From Ginglymostoma cirratum (taxonomy: Eukaryota): 64,000 bases of DNA. The position numbers and the translations under genes were made by a program. This document shows positions 25,180 to 38,000 of the stretch, piece after piece. Under the pieces are notes generated by a model. That model was given only the letters and a program-made list of their open reading frames with translations. It was not told the origin of the DNA and searched no databases. The DNA is taken from the NCBI GenBank assembly GCA_024137785.1, contig JAHRHZ010000066.1, positions 26,405,135 through 26,469,134 of the forward strand. Reading direction: 5' to 3'. The stretch's first letter is position 1, and each line of letters opens with the position of its first letter.

Positions 25180-25685
25180 ATTTATGAGCTGGGTTGAGAA
25201 TTGTTAACTGAGCATCACATAAGGTGTGAAATGACCATCTAATTGAGACACGTTAGATTCTGAGAGAAAGTGACTGGGTAAATATCGGGGCTGTTTGTCC
25301 TGGCAACAAAGTCTTGAACCAAGAGGCATAATCTCCATATAAGATGTCGATATCTAAGACTGAGTTGAAAAAGCAACTCAGCGTTGTGAATCTGGAATTT
25401 TTTTACATTAGAAAGCTATGGATGCTGACTTATTGAGGGGGAAAGGGAAATAGACAAGAAAGTAGAATTGAGGTCAAAGATCAGCCATGGTATTAAATAG
25501 TAGAGCAGGCTTGAGAAGTCAAATGCCCTGCACCTGTTCCTATTTCCTAGGTTTTTATTTTTTTTTCATTCATTCATTTACAGGATTTAAGTGTTACTGG
25601 CTGGGCTTGCATCTGTTACCCATCACTAATTACCCAGAGGAGAGTTAAATGTTAACCATGTTGCCGTGGGTCTGAAGTCAAAGCA
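25180..25685. mobile_element. CR1 3' fragment (+) abutting a SINE tail (-)
   Basis: gatcagccatgg..gagcaggcttgag; then ttcattcatt..catcactaattaccc..gtgggtctg. Confidence 0.65.
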
Positions 25686-26977
25686 GCTAAAGGTGAAATA
25701 GAATTAGATGGATCTTCAATCATCAGATATCAACAATGGCAGCAGATAGCTCAGAAACTGACCACTGAGCTCTACCTTGCTTTTCACAAAGATGGACATT
25801 GACTGAGTGCCAATACAGAATTAGAGGGCCATATATTTGAATAAAAAATAAACTTTTTTTCACAACAAATTTCAGTTGTCCACACTAGTGGGAGCAATTC
25901 TTTTTCCTTTATATTTTTGCATTCAGTTTGGCTCAAGTACCTCTTTTGAGGTTTGTTGAAATATTTCTAAATGAACACATTTTCACCAGTCAGGATTCCA
26001 ATGCCCCACCCAGTGCATTCTCCCAGCTGGAGGGAAAGACAACATCACTTTCAAACCCAAAGCCTGGCAGTTAATATTCTTCCACATTTGAAGTTCCAGT
26101 CCAAAGCAAAATTGCAGAATTGGATATACTGAACCAATTAACAGACATGTTAGCAAGTCATCAGTCAATTGAACGCTTATCCTCAATCTCCCAACTTACT
26201 TCAGAATGTTACTACACAAACACCACAGGAAGTCATTTCCAAAAATTAGTTAGGAATAAAAATTTTCAAGACAGCAGAAAAAATGCGCAAATCTACACTG
26301 GTGAATAGACTTTCACAGAATTTCTATGTTGACAATGTGGTAGAATGAGAGTCATGTAAATCATGATGATCTGATGAAATGTCTCTGATATCAGTAAGAG
26401 AGAAGGTACCAGTACATCGGGAGTGGAATATCCTTACATAGAGATAAGGTGCAAGTAGCCTCGGTGTATGTGCAGATATCAACAGTCTGATATTCTCCAG
26501 GCCTGTTTCTTAATGAACATGTAGCAGTTTTGGCTTAAAACAGAAGGTAAAGCAGGATAGCAACAAAAAAACAAAAACTTCCGGAGCCAAGATCTGAGCC
26601 TAAAGGACAGAGCTGAATAAGGAAGACCCCACATGCAGGATAGGACCTCAGAAAACTTCAAAGGTGCAGCTGAGAAAAAAAATTAGGAAGCCTGTGACCA
26701 TAAGTAAAGACCTGAAAGACTTTGGAGTGCTCCCTATCTAGTTTTTTTCTCAAAGACAGAGATGATAACTTTGGAAGACTTCAACACTGAGCTACAGGCT
26801 TGTAAAACTGTGGAGAGGAAAGGTACAGGATACAACACTTTGACAGTAAGGAGAGCAGATGACAAGTGGTCACCTACATCTTGCTTTGTCTATGCCCTCT
26901 TCTTTTCCGGTATTAAGGAATGTAAGCTCTGAAAGCTCATAAATACAGTATGGGGAGGCGCTGGCCTAATGGTATGA

Positions 26978-27332
26978 GGAGGTGATGGCCTAATGGTGTT
27001 ATCGTTAGAATGTTAATCCGGAGACCCAGATAACATTCTGGGGACCCAGGTTCGAATCCCACCGCAGCAGATGGTGGAATTTGAATTCAATAAATATCTA
27101 GAATTAAGAGTCTAATGATGACCATGAATCCATTGTTGATAGCTGGAAAAACCCATCTGGTTCTCTAATGTCCTTTAGGGAAGGAAACTGCTCTCCTTAC
27201 CTGGTCTGGCCTACATGTGACTCCAGACCCATAGCAGTGTGGTTGAGTCTGAACTGCCCTCTGAGCAATTAGGGATGGGCAATAAATGCTGCCTAGCCAG
27301 TGATGTCCCTCATTCTGTGAATGAATAAATAA
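26978..27332 (+). mobile_element. tRNA-derived SINE, full length
   Basis: A box tggcctaatgg; B box ggttcgaatccc; core gtcctttagggaaggaaa..tggtctggcctacatgtgactccag; tail caattagggatgggcaataaatgctg..gaataaataaa; partial head copy at 26953-26975. Confidence 0.9.
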
Positions 27333-27859
27333 ACCCTCTGAATTCTTCCTACCACCTTCCCACTGACTCCATTCCTTCTTTTGATCCCACCTCTTGTCAT
27401 TTATTCACTACACACTCTTACCTTCCTCTCTGTAATTGTGTATGATCTGTGCTACGCAAAGGATGTAGTTTTCTCCCTTTATGCCTCCACTCCAGTGAAT
27501 TTTGAGCACAACATGCTATTGAACTCTTCTTCTATTGCCTTTGTCTTTTGTACCCATTTTTTTGGATATTATTCCTTTACCCACTCCACAGACTCTGACC
27601 CATTTCCAACATTCCTCTGTACGTAGACTCTTCCCTCTGGCCTCTTACCTACTCTTCATCCAAAATTGTCAATGTGACTGCCACTTCCTTAATTGCTCTG
27701 CTCTCCCCACTCATTCTAACTCATCTTCCTTTAAACTTGCTGCACTCCATTGTCTCAGATCTAACCCTAATCTTGTAATCCCTCTCCAACACGCTGGTCC
27801 ATTTCTCCATTAATCCTAACGCTCTTTCATCCCCCCAGCCACCACCACCACCATGGCAT

Positions 27860-28555
27860 TCAAGGAAGCATTTAACTGATATTTCTTTCACTGTCGTTGA
27901 CTGTATTCACTGTTCACAATGCAGTTTCCCTTACATCTGTGAGATCAAATATAGACTGGGTGACCATCTTGTGGAATAACTTCACTCTATCCAAAAGAAT
28001 TACCTCAAACTGCTAGTTGCCTATCATTTCAATAAACCATCTTGCTCTCATACTACCATTTATGTCCTAGACCTTCTTCAGAGTTCCAGTGAAGCTTAAT
28101 AGAAGCTGGAGGAACAGAGCCACATTTTTGAGTTTGGCACTTTACAGCCTTCAACTTTCAACATGGTGATTAACAACTTCAGAGCATGGACACTATTCTC
28201 CACCTTGATTATAACATTTCCCCCTGCCCGTCCACCCCCTGTCCTGTTCATGTCTTCTTGACTTTGACCTCAGCATGGTGGAACTATTTTCTCCTATTCA
28301 AATTTTATGAATGACCTCTATTTTACCTCTTAATCACTTCTTTACAAGAATGTGCACTCGCTTTGTCTTTTGCTCTGGAAACCTTCGCCATCTGTTCCAA
28401 TCACGCCTCCTCCTCCTCAATCTACAACATAAAAAATTACTTTGCAGATCCATTCAGTTATGAAGATGAGTCATTGGACTCAAAATATTAACTCTGTCTG
28501 TCTCTCCATCGATGTTACTAGACCTGCTGAGTTTCTCCAGCATTCTACTTTTATC
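27860..28555 (+). mobile_element. Penelope-like element 3' end: GIY-YIG endonuclease remnant plus hammerhead-bearing tail
   Basis: VVDCIHCSQCSFPYICEIKYRLGDHLVE*LHS..VAYHFN..KLEEQSHIFEFGTLQPSTFNMVINNFR (about 27890-28188), then gttatgaagatgagtcattggactcaaaatattaactc tail. Confidence 0.85.
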
Positions 28556-28559
28556 CTAT

Positions 28560-29570
28560 GTATTGTTAATGGTGAATGGATGTTTTAGGCTATGGAAAGG
28601 TTTGTAATGGAGTTCCCAAGGTTCAGTGTTGGAATACTTGCTTTTCCAGAACCTGGGGAAATGTGCAATTTCAAAATTTGTGGATGTTATGAAACATGAA
28701 AAAATTGTAAACTGTGGGGAGGACAGTGTAGAACTTCAGAAGGACGTAGAAAAATTGGAGGAGTGGGTAGATAGATTAATGGCAGCAATCTATGCAGGAA
28801 AATGTGAGGAATGCACTTTGGTCAGACGAACATGGAGACAGAATATTAAACAAAAGGCACAGTTCTAAAGAGGACACAGGAGCAGAGGGATTGGGTGTAT
28901 CTGAACATAAGTCATTAAAGGCAGCAGGGCAGATTGGGTGAGTAGTTAATGGAGGACTATTAATATTAAGGACATAGAGACTTAGCATAAAGAGTGAGGA
29001 GGTTGAGCAGATATAAGACACTAGTTTGGCCTCATTGGCAGTATTGCATCCTGCCTGGGCACTGCACTTTAGGAAGATGTGAAGTCATTGGACAGAGACA
29101 GCAGAACAGGTTGACTGGAATGAATCCAGGAATGAAGAATTTCAAGAACAGGAATATACTGGAGAAGTTAGGACTTACCTTGGAAAAGAGAAACCTGAGA
29201 GGAGATCTGATTGAAGTATTCAAAATCATGAGAATCTTGACAGAGCAAACAATGAAAAATTCCCACTCAAAATGATTGAGTGTGATGGAACGGATTATGA
29301 AGTAATTAGTAAAAGAAGCAAAAGTGATATGAAGGAAAAGCTTTTCACACAATAAGCATTTAGGTTTTCTGCCCGAGATTGTGGTGGAGTCAGGTTCAGT
29401 CAAGATGTTCAAAAGAGAATTAGATGTTTATTTGAAAGGGAAGAATGTGCAGAACCCCAGAGAGAAGTCAGGAGAATGGCACACAGTAAGATGCTCATTT
29501 GGAAAGTAGGTGCAATACAATAAGCCAAAAGGCCTCCATCTGCACTGTAATAATTCTGCAATTCTATGTC
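28560..29570 (+). mobile_element. CR1 LINE RT and 3' end
   Basis: GVPQGS, ISKFVD, YKTLV, RNLRGDLIEVFKIM. Confidence 0.9.
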
Positions 29571-29989
29571 AACCAGCTTTCCAAAACCTTGGGAAACCCT
29601 GCAGTTAAATGAAGCTGAGACTGCCTAAAGGAACGGGTATATGCAATCCAACGCAGCCAGTGCCGGGAGGAGCAGGGGAGCCTTTCCAGGTAAACCTCAG
29701 TTAACCTGAATCCAAGACCCCCACCTCCTGCACCCTGAGATCACTGTGCACCCCATTCACCCCCCGCCCCCCACCTTAAGGTCATCAGTACCACTCCCAG
29801 GAATGGACCTCCCATAAGATGAAGCCTCTTTCTCCCATACCCTCACCCACCAACTCTGTCCCCAACTCCAGCCACACCCACTTTGGCACAGTATGTTGTG
29901 AAGGGGTAGCAAGGCCACAATAGGATTTTCATCTTTTCTTCATCATTAATCTGCCTGAATTACAGCAGGGTAAACAAAAAATATACAGT

Positions 29990-30600
29990 CTGATATATTA
30001 TCAGAAACATTGTCGATGATGTTGCACCATCCCAAAGATCTAACAACATTTTCTTAGACATATTGTGTCTTTCATAACTTCATGTTGGCTTTAACCTCCC
30101 GCATTTTTTGTCATAAAATGTGCTTTCATTGCTTCCAGTAAGACTCCAATATTTTTCTCATTATTGATTCCAAGTTAACAGGCATATATTTCCCAAGTTC
30201 ATGCTTGTGACCCTTTACTAAAAAAAATTGGACTAACTTAGCTTTGTTCTAACCTTGTGGTACCAAGGTTGTGCAAAATGATCTGTGAAGAATTTCTGCT
30301 GCAGCTCTCCTGCTTTTACCCAGATTTTATGAAGTACTTTTGGATGACTTCCATCAGATTCTGCTGCCTTATGAATGTTTCATTACTTCAGTCTCTTTAT
30401 GACCTTTATTTCTAACCTCTATTTGCTCATGTTCCCTCTAATTATTGGAAAGAGAATACCATTGTCAATTTCTGCCAAATAGTTTGTGCCTCACCCAATA
30501 TCTTCCACAAAATTACCTGAAAAATGTTATTTCCCAATGGAATATGTATTTTTGTTCAATCCTAACCCTTTCATAGTGAATTTTCACTCCTCCTCTTTCA
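29990..30600 (-). mobile_element. Old CR1 fragment
   Basis: Minus strand KGHKHELGKYMPVNL..RKILESY, similar to GNYRPVSL. Confidence 0.6.
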
Positions 30601-31169
30601 TAGATCGTGTATCTTGCAGGCATGCAGTTGCTGCCAGGGTCTGTGGCTCTCATATACGTTAGCTATTTGGGTGTTCTTTATATGTTGCACTGAGACATTG
30701 GCAATTCATCAAGAATGGACATAATCATAGTGAAGCCAAATTCTTTGTTGATCCAATTTCCATACCTGCTGATTTTCCTGAAGGTGTTGCAGGACAGAAT
30801 GACAAAGTGTGATCCTGACTTATCCTAGCCATGAAATTGAAGCCAATTATAATGCTCCCATTGTGGTTGAGAGAACGAATCTAGCATGGTTTTAAACTAG
30901 TGGCCTTTCTTGTTTATGTAGCTCAGTGTTACAACTTGAGGAATAAGTCTCCTTTAATCTGTAAGTGTCTTAACTTATTTTTCACATTTTATCTTCACTA
31001 TCTGTAAATCTGTTAAAGCAGTTTTATTTTTCTTTGTACTCTTGTAATTTCCTTGACTGACATATACATTTCATTTGCACTGCTCCGATACATTTTTAAA
31101 AGCCAGTGTATTAATTACTTTATGCTTCCTTCCTTGACAGCACTCCTGTCTCAGAATGATAATATCGAG

Positions 31170-31500
31170 CCTTGCTATGGGCATAAACACACAATCTGTT
31201 GTAATAATCCTGTGGAGTGCTGCATGGTAGAAGTACAATCCTTTGTGTGAAATATTGAACAATAATTTGAAGAACAGCAGCAAAGTTCTCCCAAATCTAC
31301 TCAACTGATACCATATGGAACAGGTGAACAAGTCAGTTATCGCACGTTTGTGGAATGTTGATGTGCAAAGTTTTGCTGCTGTGATTAACTACATCAAATC
31401 AGTGACTGGACTTCAGAAGCGACTTCTTTGGCTGCAAACTGCTTTGGGATGTTCTGAAGCTCCGAAAGATACTGTATTAATGAAAGTTAATTCTCTTTTC
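31170..31500 (+). mobile_element. SacSINE1/Deu-like SINE
   Basis: gagtgctgcatgg..ttgaagaacagcag..gtgcaaag..ggctgcaaactgctttgggatgttctga. Confidence 0.65.
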
Positions 31501-31739
31501 AGTTTTAGCCCTCACACCTACAAGATGTTACTCTTGGATTTTGCAACTTTTTCTATATGGTTCTCTCATACTACTCTTGCTACAATATCAGATCCAAAGA
31601 AATGTTTGTCATAAATCAACTCATAGAGATTAGTACAGAGAGAAAAGCATTGAAGTAAAGTGCATTATTATTTGTTGACAGAATACATGCATATTAATCT
31701 CAATTAATAATTTAAATTACTCTCAACACACGTATCACC

Positions 31740-32600
31740 AATTTGGAACTAACAGTAACAACACAGGGTACCAGTTGGCCCATTGTGACTGTGTTCGCTG
31801 TCTAACTGAGCAATTTATCTAGTCTGACTTTCTGGCCTTTTCCCCTTATCTCTGCACATTCTCCCTTCACAGGTGACTATCCAATTACTTTTTAAATGCT
31901 TCAACTAATCCTGCCCCCACTACTCTGTCAAGGCAGCACATTCCAAATCCTAACCACTTGGTATATGAAAAAGATTTTCCTCCTGTCACTTTCACTTCTT
32001 CTGTCAACTGCCTTAAATCTTTTCACGTTTGTTCTTGATCCACCAATGGGAAGAGTGTTCACTTTATCTACTCCATTCAGATGCCTCATGATTTTAAATT
32101 ATATGGAATCTCCTCTTCAACTTCTTTCCTTCAAACTCTCTAACCTATCTATGTAACTGAAATTATTCATCCATAGAATTATTTTCATTAATCTTTTCTG
32201 CACTGTTTCTCATATTTTCACTCATTTCCTAAAACATGGTGCCAGAACTGGACACAACATTGCAGTTAAGGCTGAATCCATGTCTGATACAAATTTGCAA
32301 AACCTCCTGCCTCTTGGGAGCCCTCTAGGTCCATGTTAATAAAGCCCAGGATACTACACACTTTAATCTGTTTTACTAACTTCAATATACATCCAGTTCC
32401 ATTTGCTCCTGCATGCCCTCTGGAACTGTACTTTTCATTTTGTGTTGTCTCTCTGCATTCATTTAATTTCACATTTCTCATGCATTAAATCTCATCTCCC
32501 ACCTGTCCATTCATTCCACCAACCTTTCTATGTCCTTTTGAAATTACACGCCATCGTTCTCACAGTTCACAATATTTCCCAGTTTTGTGTCACCTAATGT
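31740..32600 (-). mobile_element. CR1 LINE 3' part
   Basis: CR1-type antisense pattern (cagcacattccaaatcctaaccact, gtgccagaactggacacaa). Confidence 0.8.
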
Positions 32601-33196
32601 TGCACAACTCAAAGGCTGTAATGTTCCAAAGCCAAGAAGTTGGACTTTCCAACCAAGTGCTGGACACCAAATGAGTTTCCCGCTGGTGAGCATTGCCATG
32701 GATTATTACTCACTATCTCTCTCATTATCACCTAATCTCATCTCATTATTATCTAATCTCACCTCATTAATCTGCAGTCTCCCATTCGACTACCCGTCGT
32801 ATAGAAACTAGACACCGAGATTTCCCAACATGAAAGTCAGAGTGGTTTCCTGGCAATGATGTATGTATGCATGTATGTGCATGTATATTGAGTGGTTTCC
32901 TGGCAACTCCAGCTTGCAGCTTGCTCCTGCAGACTTTCATCTCGGACACTCAGCATTAACATTTCAGGGCACCCTCCATGGCCACTGCAGTCTCCCCCTA
33001 TCCACAGACATGGGTAACCCATATCAGCCTCACTACATCATCATTGCACATCTCTCGTCTACTTACAATACAGTTCTACTCTTTGGAGCTTACTGGCACC
33101 TTTCATTGAAAGATTACTGCCGGGACCACTTTACATACAGGGACAGGAACCCAGCTCATGGGTTGGACAAATTTGCATCTCAGGGGCATCTTGTTT

Positions 33197-33818
33197 GCTC
33201 TTCCATCATTGAGGATGGGAATATTTGTGGAGCCTCCTCTTCCAGTGAGTTACTTGATTATCCACCACCATTGCATATATAGCTGGAATATTATGCAGGT
33301 CTAGCATTGACCCTGCTGGCTGCAGTACAGCAATATGCTGTTTGTCACATTCAGGACAAAGCAGCCTGCATGATTGGCACTACATCCACAAGCATCCACT
33401 CCCTCCACCACCGACGCTCAGTAGCAGCAGTGTATACTATATACAAGATTCACTGCAGGAAGTTCCTAAAGATCCTCAGACAACACCTTTTAGCGCTCAG
33501 TCCTGTTGAGTCTACTTTGATGCTCATTGGGTCTCCATTTTGCCTTACCCTGAAGGCTTTGGTCCCTCAGCTGCACCTTAAAGGCATACAGCCCTTCTGT
33601 CTTGATTCACCTTTCAGTGCAGGCACAAAGCTGGGTAACTTGTCAGGGTTGCCAGCAGTGATCAGTCAAGGGCTGCACATGTTGCTGTACTGCAGCCAGC
33701 AGGGTCAATGCTGGACCTGCACAATATTCCAGTTATATATGCAATGGTGTTGGATAATCAAGCAACTCACTGGAAGAGGAGGGTCCACAAATATTCCCAT
33801 CCTCAATGATGAAAGAGC
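33197..33818. repeat. Inverted duplication with 141-bp arms
   Basis: Arms 33197-33337 and 33678-33818, about 8 mismatches by eye. Confidence 0.92.
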
Positions 33819-34507
33819 CCAGCACATCAGTGCAAAAGATAAGGTTGAAGCTTTCACAGCGATCTTTAGCCAGAAGTGCTGAGTGGATGATCAGTCTCGG
33901 CCTCCGCCAGTGATCCCCAGCATTACAGGTACCAGTCTTCAGCCAATTCAATTCACTCCATGTGATACAAAGAAACGGTTAGAGACGCTTGATATTGCAA
34001 AGGCTACAGCCCTGACAACATTTCAACAATAGTACTGAAGACATGTGCTCCAGAATTTGCGGCTCCCCTAGCTCCTGACCTCATTACAGCCTTGGTTAAA
34101 ACATAAACAAAACAGCTGAATTCCAGAGGTGAGGTGAAAGTGACGGCCCTTGACATCAAGGCTGCTTTTGACCAAGTGTGGCATCAAGATCCTCAGACAG
34201 CACCTTCCAAACCCACAAACACCCCCATCTGGAAGGACAAGGGCAGCAGATTTATGGGAACATGACCATCTTCCCTCCAAGTCACTCACCATCCAGACTT
34301 GGAAATATATTTACTGTTTCTTCACTGTCATTGGGTCAAAATCCTGGAATTCCATCCCCAATGGTATTGTGGGTCAACCCAAAGTAGGTGGACTGCAGCG
34401 ACTCAAGAAGGCAGCTCATCACCACCTTCTCAAGGGCAACTAGGGATGGGTAATAAATGCTGGCTGGCCAGTGCTGCCCACATCCCACAAATGAATAAAT
34501 AAAAAAA
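33740..34507 (+). mobile_element. Jockey-group LINE deletion derivative with intact 3' tail
   Basis: WIIKQLTG..NIPILND..AIFSQKC, APDLITALV, ALDIK; tail caccaccttctcaagggcaactagggatggg..gaataaataaaaaaa. Confidence 0.85.
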
Positions 34508-35836
34508 AGGCACTGCACATGCTGCAAGCAAACAAAGTCTAAGGGGTGCCATCAGCTGCAAAATCCAGAGAGACACCCTTCAGGCAGGGACTCCTGGGAC
34601 AGTAATTCAAGTGCAGTCTTTGATATCAGCTCAGAGCTTGGACAGGGTCACTTTGCTGCTCAAAGCAGTCATGGTCAGAGGATCCATACCTCTAAAGTCC
34701 AGGGATGGGTCACAGTCAGCCCTTGGTCTAGTAGTGGGTCAGTGCAACCTGTCTGGAGAGTCACTGGAATGCAGTCCAGGGGCTGTACAGATATCAGTTA
34801 GGGGTAAGTCACTTCTAAAGGTGGCTCATAGTCAGTCCTGGAGTTCCATCTACCAAATGTGAAGTGGGGAGGGTCATATTGGAGCTAGTGGTGTGGAGGA
34901 AAACTGGGGAATTAACTGTGGTGATTAGAGTCAGAATGTTGGGGTAGAGAGATGACTACAATTGTGAAGGCAACTCAATATATAAAGGGGGGAGATGACA
35001 GAGCATCAAGTATAAGCAGCACCCTATCCCCTCCAATGTCAATGCACAGAGGCTGCAGTGTATACCATCTATAAGGTGAACCATAGCAGTCAGTCAAGAC
35101 ACCTTTGATAGAGCCTTCCAAATCCATTACCATCTAGAAGGACAAGTGCAGTAGATTAATGGGAAGACCCCTACCTGCCCTACTTGCAAGTTCCCAATAA
35201 GCCACTCACTGCCCTGACTTAGAAATATATCAACATTGTTTCCCTGTCACTGGATCAAAATCCTGGAACTCACTTCTTTACAACACCATGACTGGATCAA
35301 TACCACTGAACATGCAGCAGTTTGAGCAGGCACCGTTCTCTCAAAGACAGTGAATGATGAGCAACAAATGCTGGATTTGGCAAAGAGATCACATGCCATT
35401 AAATTCTATTAAAAATAATTTCCACAATCCAATATCTGTTCTTCTACAAATCTCATATGCATTCCAAGGTTAGTTCAGTTAAATACAATGTGTTCAGTGA
35501 ATAACACTCCAGTGGGTTTTCCTCAACGTTACTTTTTAAAATTAATTCTCAGGATGTTAGCATCATTGGCAAGGATGACATTGGTTGCATGCCACTAGTC
35601 CCCAGGATGTCTTTAAAATCACTCAGTTCAAATTGTCAAACGGCTACAGTAACATTTGGGCTCACATTCTGTGAATTATTAGCGCAGCAGGATAAATGCC
35701 ATATGACCATCTCACTCCTGGTGAAAGCACTGTCATCAGTTGATCTGCAAGAGTGCTGCCAGACTGTCTAGTATCAATCCACAGTCTATTCTGAAGACAT
35801 GCAGACAACAACTGGTCTCTATAGCTCAAAAGAAGA

Positions 35837-36739
35837 AGCCTGAGGAGCAGCATTGAAGTTCTTACTGAAGAAGCATAACATAAGTAGATCAGAAATGTGA
35901 CCTGAGGGTTCATTGAGGGTGACACATATCAGATGCCAATGTCAGTAGATTTGGCTTTGGTCCATGGAATATGCCTTGAGATGTTGGAGCCTGGTATCCA
36001 ACATGGAGATCCTTTGGAGCAAGCAACATGCTGAAGTCAGAAATTACCTGACAACATCTTGAAAGGTCACTGGTGTATACATCAAGTAAGCAGAAGATCA
36101 GCTTTGGTTATGATGGGCCCCCATGTAGTTTGTGACCTTTGGGTAGTCAGCGATTTTTAAGTTAAATGCAAGAAGAAAGGCTATTTAGCTAAGGAGTAGG
36201 AGGGCTCCTAACAATAACATAATCAAGAATAGAATCTTAAAGGGACCTGAACAACATGGAGATGGTGAGACTTGTGACAGAATCAGGCAAGAAATCCGAT
36301 AGGGTCTTTCTTGACATCGGAAACAACTCGCTGCATCTTTTAGGCATCTGTCAAGCAGTGAGACAAGTTTCTTGCTCGGAGCAATGATTTGCTGACTAGG
36401 GGAGATTGTAGGTTATTAAAAACACTTAATGAATGGCACAACTTGCCTCAGTAATATTCAGCTTCCTATCTTGCAAACATGCGGAACAAGTTAGATGTTA
36501 AGAATTCTCAATATGCCAATCAGAGCAGGTCATTTCTGACTTCAGCATGTTGCTTGCTCCAAAGGATCTCCATGTTGGATACCAGGCTCCAACATCTCAA
36601 GGCATATTCCATGGACAAAAGCCAAATCTACTGACATTGGCATCTGATATATGTCACCCTCAATGAACCCTCAGGTCACATTTCTGATCTACTTATGTTA
36701 TGCTTCTTCAGTAAGAACTTCAATGCTGATCCTCAGGCT
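35837..36739. repeat. Near-perfect inverted duplication with 214-bp arms
   Basis: Arms 35837-36050 and 36526-36739, 4 mismatches by eye, 475-bp spacer. Confidence 0.95.
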
Positions 36740-36899
36740 ACACCAGCAACTATCATTGAAATGCTGCAGCAAGGACACTGTCCACTCAGTGACATATACT
36801 CAGCTCATGGACTGGAGAAGGCTGTATCTCTGACCTTTTAGCTTATTGTCATGGCACTCACTCACTCTTAGCTGAATGCTGACATCATCCCTGCCTTGC

Positions 36900-38000
36900 A
36901 TTTCATTTCCTTGTTTTTTTGAACTTAGCCTACACAGCTAGAGATACCAGGCTCACTGAATTGCTGTATTGCCTTGCCGTTTAGCACAGGCACTAAGCCA
37001 GGGAGTATGTCAGAGTTGTCAGTGGGTCTCAGGCAAGTTATGGGAGATGGCCTTTGCTCAGGGGATCCCTGCTCAGTAAGTCAGGGGCAGCGTGTGATAT
37101 GAGTCCAGGAGCTTGGATATGATCAGTCTTCCCCTGAGATGATCAGAATCAGGATCTTCTTGACATAAGGGACAAGGAGCTGAATTTTGGGTTGCCCACC
37201 ACCTGTCTTTCTGCCCTACTGGGGGCAGTTTCCCAGCCAGACTGAGAGAGGCAGATAATAAGGGAGATGAAAGTGGACAGCACAGCTGTTAATGTTGGTG
37301 CAGGTGGGAAGATGTCCCAACCAAATGAATAGTCAACACAAAGGGCATGCTGGGTTGGTGCTATCAGAGATAATGCTTCCTGATTTCCAGCATCCACAGT
37401 TCTTTTAGTTTTTATTTAATACTATCAGAGATTGGGGTGGGGTGACAATGTGTGGTGAAGATGTTGCAGGCAACAATGACAGCAGTAGCACATGAGCCTC
37501 AGAGAGCTGTGAGTACAGTAGTAGAGATAGCAAGAGTTTGAGGTATCAGAGAGAAGATGGTGACAATTATACTGGTGGAGTGAGATGGACATTGACCTTC
37601 CTACAGTGCTGGTGACTCCTCCATTCAGTTTCACTGACCTGGTGTAGCCTCCTCTGCTGGGCCTGGAGGAATGCTAGCAATGTGCCACCCTGTCCAGCAG
37701 GACCTCCAGGTACCTGCCTGCAAAGTGCAGCACTAAATTCCACCTGTTTGCCTTGTTCTGGGTAAATGCCACGAAACACGTAAGGCAGCTCTGGTCTGAT
37801 GATGCTTGTTCAGGCACACAACGGCCTTTTAAAGATGGTGACTGCACCGGTGATGCTGATCAACTCCTGGATATCCAGTCAATGATGAGTTGTTCTGGGG
37901 ATAAGATGGGGCTAGAATCAGGCAAAAGGAATACCATTGAAGCAGAGTAGGTAGTTAATGAGGTGAATTTAGTAAGTTACAGTGAAAAAAATTTGTTAGT
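36900..38000 (-). mobile_element. Probable PIF/Harbinger transposon remnant (Myb/SANT-like ORF)
   Basis: Minus strand at about 37590-37745 reads LHFAGRYLEVLLDRV..QQRRLHQ..RSHQHCRKVN, resembling F..DLEVLLD.V...R..QCRKK.N. Confidence 0.45.

Noticed and set aside
26978-27065. tRNA gene
   Set aside because: It is a SINE head continuing into SINE core and tail
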